A stretch of DNA of 62,978 bases, filler included, from Klebsormidium nitens (Eukaryota > Plantae > Klebsormidiophyceae): NCBI GenBank assembly GCA_000708835.1. It is 9 parts of 9 records of this genome, joined end to end, with 100 filler letters (N's around TTAATTAATTAA, not from the genome) between each part and the next. Parts side by side here need not be neighbours in the genome. Positions count along the whole stretch, not along the records: positions 34,591 to 41,093 come from DF238405.1; positions 41,194 to 43,897 come from DF237869.1; positions 43,998 to 46,440 come from DF238689.1; 6 more parts are not named here. One strand, written 5' to 3'. The position numbers were made by a program, and so were the translations under genes. Positions 35,301 to 46,032 of the stretch are shown piece after piece. Under the pieces are notes generated by a model. That model saw only the letters and a list, made by a program, of their open reading frames with translations, had not been told where the DNA came from and did not search any database. Each line of letters starts with the position of its first letter. Position 1 is the first letter of the stretch.

Positions 35301-37745
35301 GGTTAAGGGCTAACGCAGCGCGGTATCAGTCAAAGCCAATCTCATGCTACTCGAGAATGTAAGTACAATCTGGAGGGAGCAATTGTACTGATTCTGTTGC
35401 CAGTCGACGTCTATCTCCACGTTGACGAAAGGCCGCTGAGGCACTTGCCAAGACGACAAAAACTGTGCGTACGAAGTAGCAATCGAAACTAGGACGCAGC
35501 CTCGCAACAAGTAGCAACGTACCGTTTGGGAGTTCACGTGCTGCTGCTTCTCCTACTGCTTTGTTCTCAAAAGTTTCAAAAATCAAAAATGTTGCGGCAA
35601 ATGAATTTGGCCACGCTTTTCCTCCGACTGTCGTGTCGAACGATGTCAGATCGAATACCAAAGCGATAAGATAGTCCCTCACGGATATAATTTAAGCCAG
35701 TTTTCTGGAGGACTCTTCTTTATTGGCAGCTTTCCGCTTGGTAGCCCCGGCAAACTTCGATAATCGGGTCGCAGAAGCCTCTCTCGTGCATCACGGCGGT
35801 AAGGGCACTGCAAAAACCAAAATGTAAAGAGTCTTCATCATCGGCTCAGCGAGACTCACTTGATCAGACAAGCTACTACAAGTTCAGAGCACCTCGGGTC
35901 AGCATTCTTTGATTGGACACGTCAAGGCACGTTGCAGTTCAGGGAGTTCGCCCAAGACTGGCCTTCGCCGTCTGCCTGCTTTAGTGCACTGCTCCTCCCA
36001 TTCGGTGCTTCTTCAACCGCACCTGGCTGTACGCCCACCTTTCAAAACGGGAGGGGCAAACCACCGTGACGGGCTGGGAAACAATATTAACTCGGTTAAC
36101 GCCCGTCCTAACCAATCCACTGAGGGTCTTTCGTGAGAGACCCCCTTTGGTCAATCTCCTTTTTTTCAGCCGTGCAGACCGCGTTTGCAGTCTAGGGCGT
36201 TTTCCGGGCTCACCTGGACCGCAAATTGCATCTAGAGTGGGCGTCCCCACGCACTCCGAGGGGCAGCACACAAAGCGCCTGCCGTCAGAATTGAAGCACT
36301 GCAAACGGACGAGGCTCACGGTGAGACTCTACCTCTAGTCAGCTCTACTTAGCTCAGGTTTAGTACATGCCGTTTGATACGTACCCGGCACAAACAAGCT
36401 GCTTCAAGATTGTTCACAAGTTTCTGGTGAGGGAATGATGTTCTGATGTTTCGTGGGAGTAGCTGCTAGCAGATTAGCGTATTGTCCTCCAATGAGACAC
36501 TCCTCTCCGCCACACTCTGAATCGCGCACCGGCCATTTCGCGACGTTCAAGGGAACCAGACACGAGGATCAAGATCATTATACAGCTGTTCAATCTCCTT
36601 CTCAGCTTGAAACATAAGTGATCTCAAATACTTGCCGTTCTGCATCCATCTTCGGCAACGGGCACCCATTTGAAAATGCATGCTTCCTTCGAAAAGACCC
36701 ATCCCAACCTCAAACCCATTTCGCCCCAACGTTTCATCTGCACGAACCTGATTGGGTTGAAGCGTCGAGGAAGCGTCTCAAGTGAGACGAGTCGAGGTCG
36801 GTGCTGGGGTAGCGGAACCCGAGCCCGGGGTTGTAGGGACCGGGGCAGACCCACCGGCAGTAGCGCAGGCGGGGGATGACGTGGATACCTCGGGGCATTG
36901 CCCCGGGCAACAAGTGTAGAGATCGCCGTTGAGATTGAAGCACTGCGGAGGTTTACAGAAAGAAGAGCAGTCGGCGGATCTGTGACTGTTCTTTTCCGAC
37001 CTCGTTCAGGTTGCATGAATCGTTTTCTAGTCGCGCTGTCCAGATTGTCAGGAGAGGTGATCCAATCGTCGTAAGAGTTTGAAGATGCATTCGGACGGCG
37101 GTGCAAAGAATAACCCCTTGCTCTTTCTTCTTTGCATTAACTCTTCTACTTGATGAGAGTTGTGGAATGGACGAGCGGTTATAAACACCAAAAGAAACTT
37201 TTTATTTCTGCCGTACAGAGGTCAGCGTGTTTCCGACCTGACTATTCGCTTCAACATTTCAGGTCAGAGGAAAACAGCGGATGGCATTTCTGATCCTCCT
37301 TACTTGCTTGGGCCAGCGTGTGATATTCGCAACTCATCTTCAGCTTTAGAAGAAGCACTTGGCGTCTGCGAATTCCAACCTTTATCACCAAAAGGCGACA
37401 CGGGCAAGGTAGGAAGCATCACCATTTAATCTTAATCACGAACTTAACGAGTCGCAACTCGAAAAACCTGGGCTTGTATTCCTCAGCATCTGCCGACTAT
37501 TTCCGTACTCAGAAGAACTTAAAGATGGAGAAACGTGCCAAAGGACAGTATCTTACGTCAACCACTGGAAGGATAAACATAACCTCCCTTGACAATCGCG
37601 CGCGGACTCATGCATCTCGAGATAAAATCCAACTAGCATCTGCAGCTCAGTTCGTTGCTTAGCAGACTGCTTAGGAGATTCAACTGAAGTTCGTGCAAGC
37701 AAAAGAGCAGAAGCAGTCAACAACCGGGCAGCCAAACCATCTGAC

Positions 37746-39702
37746 CTGGTTCGGCAGAGCAGAGCTCGCGTTACAGATTCCGCCAACGGGGAACACGCTC
37801 GGGGGGGGGTTGGTCGGCGCCGGGGTTGTAGGCCCGGGGGTCGGTGCCCGGGTTAGCGTATTGGTGGTGCAAGAGGGAACCGCACCCGGGCCGCCGCTAA
37901 AGCAAGGCTCCGCGCAGCAAGTGTAGAGAGAGCCGTCGGTGTTGAGCACTGGCAAGGGGCAAACAAAATCTCCTTTTTGACATTTTTGGGTCTTATTTTT
38001 TTACATTTTCAGTCGGTTGCTTCGTGAGTGATTGCAGCTGAAAATGGGATTCTGGACTTTAAGTTGGAACGTGAATTGATGGCTCTTCGTTTATGCTAGG
38101 GACCTGTTTTAGCATGTGCGGCTTGAGTGTTGCAGTATGCGGATTTAATAACTATTTTACTGGAGAGGAGTTTAACCAGCCGGGTTAATTGTGACGGTGA
38201 AGAGTCCCCGTGCACAGGCTTTTACGCAAACAGGTACTTGAGACGTTTCAGCCAGCTTCGGCCGAACCGGGCAATCTTCGTGGCTTCATCATGGGCTCTA
38301 AACAAACTGATGTTTTGTTTCAGGAACCGTGAACGGGGCTTTCTGCCAACGGCAGGATCTGATCCCAGCGCTGACGATTAAACTTGGCGAGTGCGATCGA
38401 ATGCTCCATGCACTGGAACTGAGCATCACAACGAGTGCGCGGAGATAAGAACGCCTTAGAGGTCACTACGATACAAAAACGATCATATAGATCTGGGCCA
38501 ATGGCGGGTAGCGGCGCCCGAACCTGGTCTACCTGAACCACGAAGACACTGTGTCGAGCACTAAAGTCATAATCACAATTCTGTAACTCCTGCTAAAGCT
38601 ACCAGTACTATCTATAAGCTCACCTGGTTGTGGAACGCTGAAAGTGGGTCACAAGTCTCGCCGACTGGGAACACGCCAGGGGTTGCAGTAGGCGCGTTTG
38701 TGGTTGTTGGGTCGGGTGTTGTTGAAGCAGGTGTCGGGACCGGGGTTGTCGGGGCAGGGGTGGCCGGAGAAGGAGTGATAGGGGCGGGGGTGGTCGGGGC
38801 GGGAGTGGTCGAGGAAGGGGTAGTCGGGGCAGAAGTTGTGGGGAGGGAGTGGTAGGGGCGGGGGTCGTCGNNNNNNNNNNNNNNNNNNNNNNNNNNNNNN
38901 NNNNNNNNNNNNNNNNNNNNNNNNNNNNNNNNNNNNNNNNNNNNNNNNNNNNNNNNNNNNNNNNNNNNNNNNNNNNNNNNNNNNNNNNNNNNNNNNNNNN
39001 NNNNNNNNNNNNNNNNNNNNNNNNNNNNNNNNNNNNNNNNNNNNNNNNNNNNNNNNNNNNNNNNNNNNNNNNNNNNNNNNNNNNNNNNNNNNNNNNNNNN
39101 NNNNNNNNNNNNNNNNNNNNNNNNNNNNNNNNNNNNNNNNNNNNNNNNNNNNNNNNNNNNNNNNNNNNNNNNNNNNNNNNNNNNNNNNNNNNNNNNNNNN
39201 NNNNNNNNNNNNNNNNNNNNNNNNNNNNNNNNNNNNNNNNNNNNNNNNNNNNNNNNNNNNNNNNNNNNNNNNNNNNNNNNNNNNNNNNNNNNNNNNNNNN
39301 NNNNNNNNNNNNNNNNNNNNNNNNNNNNNNNNNNNNNNNNNNNNNNNNNNNNNNNNNNNNNNNNNNNNNNNNNNNNNNNNNNNNNNNNNNNNNNNNNNNN
39401 NNNNNNNNNNNNNNNNNNNNNNNNNNNNNNNNNNNNNNNNNNNNNNNNNNNNNNNNNNNNNNNNNNNNNNNNNNNNNNNNNNNNNNNNNNNNNNNNNNNN
39501 NNNNNNNNNNNNNNNNNNNNNNNNNNNNNNNNNNNNNNNNNNNNNNNNNNNNNNNNNNNNNNNNNNNNNNNNNNNNNNNNNNNNNNNNNNNNNNNNNNNN
39601 NNNNNNNNNNNNNNNNNNNNNNNNTGGGCCCAGGAGTAGTTGGGGCGGGGGTGGCCGATGAGAGGGGCGGCAAGGTGACAGAGACCGGGGAGTCGATGGC
39701 AG
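37746..39702 (-). CDS. Partial gene: Pro/Thr-rich (mucin/extensin-like) linkers with Cys-rich modules
   Basis: Exons 39702-38624 (spanning a gap; PTTPAP repeats ending VFPVGETCDPLSAFHNQ|GT) and 37948-37746 (...LYTCCAEPCFSGG...SC...VFPVGGICNASSALPNQ|GT). 5' and 3' ends not found; 1-nt phase mismatch at 37948. Confidence 0.65.
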
Positions 39703-41193
39703 CTGGGGAAATCAAACGAAGCGAATTTGTTGTCAGCAACAGCTTGTGCTAATTATAATTAAGAAGAGCCTGGCACACTTCTTAACATTGCTTTTCCAAC
39801 ACAGAAATGTTTCTTACACGACGGCTCATTCTCCAATATGTGTCTTGCACGGCAGCGAGAAGCGAGCGCTCGTGGTGATCGCCGATCACCAGTCGCGATG
39901 ATGAAACTTAAAGAAAGCGGTCGTTTCAAAGGGTTTTCAGGCCTGAACGGTCTAGCTCAGTATCTAGACGTGAGATAAAATAAAGATTCGACATTACATT
40001 CGAAGGCGATAAAATTACATGTATCTGCAATTGGGCGCTATGATGGCGCTAGTAAAGGATTGTCGAGGTTCTCAAAATGTATTGTGACGAAATAATAAGG
40101 TTTAGCCGCAAAAGCTGCGGGTCCGGCGCGCGAAGTCGCGCGGCCGCCTAGAATACGTCGACGTACGTGTCGTCGGTAGATATGTCTAAACCCCGAACCC
40201 TTGTCGTCACGAGGAGTTGAGTAGGACACTCACCGAGCGGCGGTTATAGACTTGAGATAGACATGCATGAACTGGAATGGGTTCGTCCTCTTTTCTACTT
40301 ATCGGATTTGGGAAGCAAGGCGCTTCGTTCTCTTCTTCTCCGCATGGCTTCCGCCATGCCTCTGGCCATCTCATGAGGTATCGTCATGGTGCTGAATGCA
40401 TGAAGTAAGTCTGTGAGCATGATGTATAGAATGGGAGTCATCTAGCTGTGCCGGTGAATACGGCTGATTGTCATTGCCGTCGCCGCCGGCGGAGAGTACC
40501 CCTTTCCTTAGCGGAGACCCCAGTTAATTTGGCCGGTGGCGAGAGTGGGATCCTCCGTACCTTGGCACGCCAAGGTCCCAGTGGGGAGTTCCCTTCCGTG
40601 ACTGGGCTATTGAGTTCACGAACTCAGAAGTTCAGAGGCGCTTTTTCCGGGAAGAAGGTGACCTGCTGCGGCGGCTGTCTGGAGGGCCATCCTGCGGGCT
40701 TCAACGTCTTCTGCGGAGCTGCAGAAGCTGCGAAGATTGGCTGCCGCCGACCGGGAAGCTGTCTGGCTCAAGGATCAACCACTTCCTCTGAAAAGGCCAG
40801 CTTTTGATTCGAAGAATTTTTGTTCTGAGGAGTCCCCTTCGTGTGAAGTGGTTTGGGCTTCCGGTTCTGAAGGGGGAAAAGTTGATTGGGGCTGGTGGAT
40901 TGCTTTTCAGAAGCGGAAAGGAGCTTTGCGGAATTCTGAAATGGCTCAAGAAGTTGAGCCCGGTGAGATTGTGCCTGATGGGCAGGGTGGAGAAAATGAG
41001 AATCTTGGGATACTTCCGCAGAATGGACAGAATGAAGGGGGTCAGCTCCCTTCAGAGCAAAATGCAGGGCTCCAGCACCAAGGTGCTGGAGAGNNNNNNN
41101 NNNNNNNNNNNNNNNNNNNNNNNNNNNNNNNNNNNNNTTAATTAATTAANNNNNNNNNNNNNNNNNNNNNNNNNNNNNNNNNNNNNNNNNNNN

Positions 41194-41696
41194 GGAAGCT
41201 GCGGGAGCAGCAGAACGGCAAGTGCTTCGTGGTCCTGGACGACTGCGCCTACGATCGGAAGTCCATGAACTCCAAGGTCCTCAAGTTCCTCGCGAACAAC
41301 TCCCGCCACCTGAACATCATGGTCATTCTGACCATTCAATATTGCATGTCGATCCCTCCCGACATCCGCAACAACATCGACTTCATGTTCGCCTGCGCCG
41401 ACAACAACAACACCAACCAGAAGAAGCTCTACGAGCACTACTTTGGCAACTTCAACAACCTGAACGAGTTCAAGGAGGTCTTCCGCGAGGCGACCGCCAA
41501 CTACGAGGTCCTCGTCCTCGACAACGTCGCCAAGACCGGTCTCAACAGCGACACCGTCTTCTGGTACAAGGCGAATCTGCACGCCCCCTTCCGCATGCTG
41601 CACTCGTCCTTCTGGAAGTACCACAAGAAGCACTACGACGGGGGAGGTTCCAGGCCCGGAGGTGCCGGCAAGACCCGCGTCCGCAAGACGGACTGA
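41194..41696 (+). CDS. A32: A32-like virion packaging ATPase, C-terminal half (5' part in gap)
   Basis: Walker B FVVLDD, SRHLNI (Arg finger), TIQY...IPPDIRNNIDF and VFWYKA, typical of NCLDV A32 ATPases. Confidence 0.92.
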
Positions 41697-41697
41697 G

Positions 41698-42894
41698 TCA
41701 ACTCCGACCCGTGATCCGTGGCCTCTTGGGCACCCTCCTGCTCCTCATCGCCAACGCCGTGGCCCGGCCCAGGTCGAGGGAGCCGTCCTCTCCGATCGCC
41801 GCCGGGATCTGCGAGATCATTCCAGGCGCCGCGTCCGAACTCATGATTCCCGAGAGCACGCCTCCACTCCCGCCCGGACCATCGTCCGCGAGCATTCCTC
41901 CGAGCTTCCGTGCCGCGTCCCTCAGCCCGAAGGCTCCCGCCATGCCGGAGGTTTCCAGGAGCTCCCCCATCGAGCGCGCGACCGCCTGGAGCTTCGAGGC
42001 GTCCACGCCCTTGGCCAGCCCCCGCATCTCCTCCTCGAAGTCTCGCGGGTCGATCGACCGGATGGAGTCGGCGGCCGCTTCGACGGAGCTGAGGTCGACC
42101 GCGTTCGCCGCTTTCGAGAGCGTGGACTGCAAGTACCGCGACTGGACGTTCGAAAAGGCGGACCGGAGGGTCGCCACGATCTTGGCGCACCTCTCGTCCT
42201 TCAGCTTCGCCAGCGCGTACGTCGCCACTTCGGCGGAATCGATCCTGCGATCGGATCCCATGACCTCCTTGAAGCGCGGCAACAGCGCCTTCAGCACTCC
42301 GGATAGACCGTCCTCCTCCGGCTCGGCCGCGTCGCTCGTCCCGAGATCGAGGTCGACCCCGTCCAGGAGCTCCTCGAGGTCCTCCTGCCGGATGTCGTCC
42401 TCCTCCACCGTCGCCGCGAGGCCCCTCAGGAGCTCGATCCCCTGCTCCATCTTTCCCAGGAATGCCGCCGGCACCAAGACGCGCTTCCCCACCACCTCCG
42501 AGAACACGAGGGACCAGGCCCGCGCGCCGGTCGCCAGGCCGGGGTCAGCCCCCTCGTCGAGACCAGCGGCGGCCGCCAGAGACAGCAGGTGCCTTCGACT
42601 CGCGTCCTTCGATCCCTCCGACATGCCGCCCCAGAGCTTGACCGCGAGCGCCCCGACGGGACATCGGACGACCCGCTCCAGGGACGTGAGGGTTTCGACG
42701 TCTCCGTTCCTGAGCGCGATGACAGCGTCCTGATCACCCTCGAAGAAGGATGCGAAGGCTTCCATGAGCGCGTCCGGAGAGTTGGCCATCTTCTGCTTCA
42801 CCTCGTTCCTGAGCTTTCGGAGCGGCTTGTAGTCGGGAAACGCCTTGTGCAGCTGATTCACGAAGCCGCGCAGGTTGGCGTTGAACTCGCCCAT
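41698..42894 (-). CDS. Hypothetical helical protein; N-terminus resembles a conserved NCLDV family
   Basis: 398-aa intact ORF. EFNANLRGFVNQLHKAFP matches an FN...F..QL...FP pattern recalled from algal giant viruses (unverified). Confidence 0.7.
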   Translation of the reverse strand: MGEFNANLRGFVNQLHKAFPDYKPLRKLRNEVKQKMANSPDALMEAFASFFEGDQDAVIALRNGDVETLTSLERVVRCPVGALAVKLWGGMSEGSKDASRRHLLSLAAAAGLDEGADPGLATGARAWSLVFSEVVGKRVLVPAAFLGKMEQGIELLRGLAATVEEDDIRQEDLEELLDGVDLDLGTSDAAEPEEDGLSGVLKALLPRFKEVMGSDRRIDSAEVATYALAKLKDERCAKIVATLRSAFSNVQSRYLQSTLSKAANAVDLSSVEAAADSIRSIDPRDFEEEMRGLAKGVDASKLQAVARSMGELLETSGMAGAFGLRDAARKLGGMLADDGPGGSGGVLSGIMSSDAAPGMISQIPAAIGEDGSLDLGRATALAMRSRRVPKRPRITGRS

Positions 42895-42946
42895 CGTGCG
42901 ACCGGCTTTGGGCGTAACGGGTCATTTTTTTGGAAACGAGAACGCG

Positions 42947-43897
42947 TCACACCCTACTCACGAACTGCGGAAGCCCCAAAGACCTTCCTCGGATCTTGAA
43001 ACGAAGTGTGAAGCTGTTGTCCAGCCCCTGAAAGTCCACCAGGGTCCCGTCCTTCCTCCTCCAAGAGAACTCGAGCTGGTCGAGCTTGGCGAGGGGCGGC
43101 CTGAACTCGGTGCTCACTTGCGTCGCCGTCGCTGCAGAGTAATAGATCACGTCTCCGGCCGCACCGAAGAGGGAGAGCCGAACGAAGGCGTTGCCGACGA
43201 ACGGGGCGCTGTTGCTGGTCAGCGAGCGGGTGTACGTCGTTTCGTGGAACTTGGTGTCCAGCTCGGGGCTGGACAGGTAGACGTATGTGTCCCCGAACAG
43301 GTCTGCGTAGTTGGAGGACGCTATGGAATCCGTGTACGCTGAATCGGTCGGATCCACCCCCTCGTTCGCGTACCCCAAGTTCCACTCCGTGTCCGCGGCG
43401 TCGAAGCCGAATGCCTTGCAGCAGGAACCGGGCCTCGAGAATAGTAGCTTGAATCGAGTCACGCCCGCCGCCGGCTCCGCTATCGAGAACACGAACTTCG
43501 AGCGCAACGGGTCGTACGTCACGGCGTAGGTCCTACCTCCGGAGCCCGCCGTCGTGAGGTTCATCAGCCGCGCCGTCGCCTCCGCCAGGTCTGGGCCCGC
43601 ATAATTCCCCGTCGGCAGCATGAAGCCGACCACGTCGTCCTCACCCCCGACGGTCTCAGAGAAGAAGAACATGTTCGTCGCCGTCGTGAGCGCGTACTGA
43701 ACGTTCGGAAACTCGGCGCTTATGAGCTCGCACGACACGACGTTGGTCAGGGGCGTCCGGAGATAGACCTTGAAGTGCGCCGACGAAGGGTAGATGACGG
43801 GGTCCCGCAGCGAGCTGTCCACGCATATCACGGCCTCCTGTAGGTCGAGCGCGTTGTTCTTCCCGAAATGGTCCAGCTGGTCTCTCACGTAGAAATC
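42947..43897 (-). CDS. Putative penton / minor capsid jelly-roll protein (start probably in gap)
   Basis: VDSSLRDPVIYP...F.VYL..PLTNVVSCELISAEFP, LPTGNY and FRPPLAKLDQL...DFQGLDNSFTLRF resemble DUF5901/penton-type NCLDV proteins; beta-rich. Confidence 0.7.
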   Translation of the reverse strand, partial: DFYVRDQLDHFGKNNALDLQEAVICVDSSLRDPVIYPSSAHFKVYLRTPLTNVVSCELISAEFPNVQYALTTATNMFFFSETVGGEDDVVGFMLPTGNYAGPDLAEATARLMNLTTAGSGGRTYAVTYDPLRSKFVFSIAEPAAGVTRFKLLFSRPGSCCKAFGFDAADTEWNLGYANEGVDPTDSAYTDSIASSNYADLFGDTYVYLSSPELDTKFHETTYTRSLTSNSAPFVGNAFVRLSLFGAAGDVIYYSAATATQVSTEFRPPLAKLDQLEFSWRRKDGTLVDFQGLDNSFTLRFKIRGRSLGLPQFVSRV

Positions 43898-44263
43898 NNN
43901 NNNNNNNNNNNNNNNNNNNNNNNNNNNNNNNNNNNNNNNNNTTAATTAATTAANNNNNNNNNNNNNNNNNNNNNNNNNNNNNNNNNNNNNNNNNNNNTTT
44001 TAGGCCTGTTTTGCCCCCTTTGATGCTGGTTTTGGATTTTCTTTCACTTCGCATTTTCGCACCAAGCCAAGACCTTAATTTCGTTTTTTTCGCAACGGCC
44101 TAAAATGGATATTTTAGTGCGAATGGGAATGTCGCTACGGTAGTCATTGCTGCATCCTCAAGCACCTCATCAGAACACCTTTTTCAAGGCTTGTACTTTA
44201 CCCATCATGGGCAAAGGCCCCGAAACCGAGCAGCCCCTCTTGTATTGCGCCCTGGTTGAGTAC

Positions 44264-46032
44264 CTTGTTATTGGCTGCTACCGCGCAGGTGTCTCCGTGG
44301 TAAAAGAGAGTGGACGGACCCGCAGTCCAGGTGTCTGACGTAATGTCATAAATCTCCATTGTGTTAAGGGGTGTCGAGTCAGCATTCGAAGCCCAGCCCC
44401 CCACTACGTAGATCTTGCCTGGAGGGACGGAGAATTTGTGCTTAACATGGGCAAAAAGAACCCGAGTAAGCCCTGCAAAACTGGGACTTATGAACAAGGG
44501 TGCTCAAGGTCAAGTCCGGTTCAATGATGCTTGGGAGACTACCGCATGAAAGTGCAAGAATCTTGCCCCTCAATGGTTTTTAGATTTAGGTGGCAGTTCC
44601 AAATCCTTAATCTAATCCTTAATCCTTCATCTCAATCTAATCTGTGCTCTACTGCCGGCTATCCCCCAGCGTAAGAACGACCACTTTCTTAGCCAAAGCA
44701 ACCATCGTTCTTGCAGCACACAAGAGAGCTTTCCTGCAGCACAAAGGCAGCCCCTTGCAAACAAGCCGCTTGCGTTGCAATTGAAAGCACTACGCAAAGC
44801 TAAAGATGAATTCTGAAAAGTGCCGATAGCCCCATTTCTCACCATTCAGGACGTCAGCTCCGTGTCGGTAGCGGGGCGCCAGGAGCGGTGCCACCGGCGT
44901 GTAAGTGTGAAGGAGGCTGTCATAGCGCAGGACCTGGTTCAAGGCTATCCCGCTCGAGTTGGCGCCTCCAGTCAGGTACACAAAATCGCCGGACCCAACG
45001 GCAGTAAAGTCGGTAAGAGGCGCTGCGACGACAGGAGACAGCATGTGTCGCTCTCAGCAAGTATATTCGTGGGGTGATTCATTGACGCAGAGCCTTCTGA
45101 GCCACTTCAGGGCATCTCACTGCGGAGGTTTTTCAGATGTCAGGACACTGAAAAGAAACGTCCGAGATAAGAACTTTGCTTGAGATGTGATAAAGGGGTG
45201 GTGTGTGGCCAGATTGGTGTGCCTCATTCCTAGACTTTGAATACAACTCGCGACACGTTTTTGTCGGCTGTGGCGACGAACGTGTTTGACGATTGTACAT
45301 TGCTTGTCAGCTCAGCCCGGCATGGGATTGGCATTCGCGCTGAGGTATCTAATCGCAACAAACTTGGCTATATGAAAGGCTGCAAATGAGCACGTTGAGA
45401 CCAGGTACTTGACAGTACAATTTGGTAACGGTCTTAGGTGGCGCTAGGTTGCAGCAGACACGGGCGATGGGCGGGTGGTTTACCTGGGAGAGGGTTTCTG
45501 CCTGCCCAGAAGCCACTGCCTCTGTACAGGCTGCCTCCATAGTTGAGCGGCGTTGAACCCTCCGTCTGCGGCCGAACCACAGAGCTGCAGAGAATTCCAA
45601 AGCGCTTAAGCATGGAATCCAGACAAAAGATAGACAATGACCAAGTGGCGCCTTCAAGTGCTCTTGTCAGATGATGTGGTGGCAACATGAGGACCAACGC
45701 ATGCAGAATGCTTTGACGTGAACGTTGGCTCTTCCTTCCACTGCAGTCCTTTCAGCACGATGCGCCAAGACACGAGACGATCGGAGCATTTGAAACAGAG
45801 GGAAACGCCCTTCTTCCAACCTGAAAGTAACGTTAGGAGCCACATTGTAGTCGCTTTGAAGATGCTCGATGTCATGACCCTGGTTCGAGCCCACCACCGC
45901 TAGGGCAATCAAGAGCCCCAGCACCGACAGGAAGAGCACGCCAATGAGTGCATAGGCCAGCGTGACAGCCCTCTTCAGTTTCTGCAGCTCAGAGCTGCTG
46001 CCCACCAGCTTTGCCTGCTGCTCGACATCCAT
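44264..46032 (-). CDS. Type II membrane-anchored kelch-repeat protein, 3' end missing
   Basis: Phase-consistent exons 46032-45821 (TM helix), 45584-45484, 45022-44843 (VYLTGG...RYD...PRYRHG) and 44418-44264 (IYVVGG...EIYD...W). The last exon ends at a donor site with no stop found. Confidence 0.82.

Larger units (their letters stand above)
41194..43897. mobile_element. Endogenous giant-virus (Nucleocytoviricota-like) segment 2, virion-assembly genes
   Basis: Three intronless, tightly packed high-GC ORFs including a packaging ATPase. Bounded by N-gaps on both sides. Confidence 0.85.

Noticed and set aside
35300-37110. ORFs 35347-35682, 36547-36729 and 36624-37106 as a possible gene
   Set aside because: Protein-like patches, but no family motif or phase-consistent splice model. 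Needs a translated search.
39863-39891. Two adjacent palindromes (cgagcgctcg; tggtgatcg-c-cgatcacca) as a Helitron 3' end
   Set aside because: No CTRR terminus at the expected distance on either strand.
40440-41093. Gln/Glu/Gly-rich ORF start running into the gap, possible retrotransposon gag
   Set aside because: No LTR, primer-binding site or gag motif visible; too little sequence to call.
41222-42733. 503-aa plus-strand ORF and other overlapping ORFs
   Set aside because: Off-frame or antisense shadows of the A32 ATPase and the 398-aa gene in very GC-rich DNA.
43998-44106. TTTTAGGCC...GGCCTAAAA inverted repeat beside the gap
   Set aside because: Only 9 bp, no matching TSD, and cut by the gap. 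It may be a TE end but cannot be supported.
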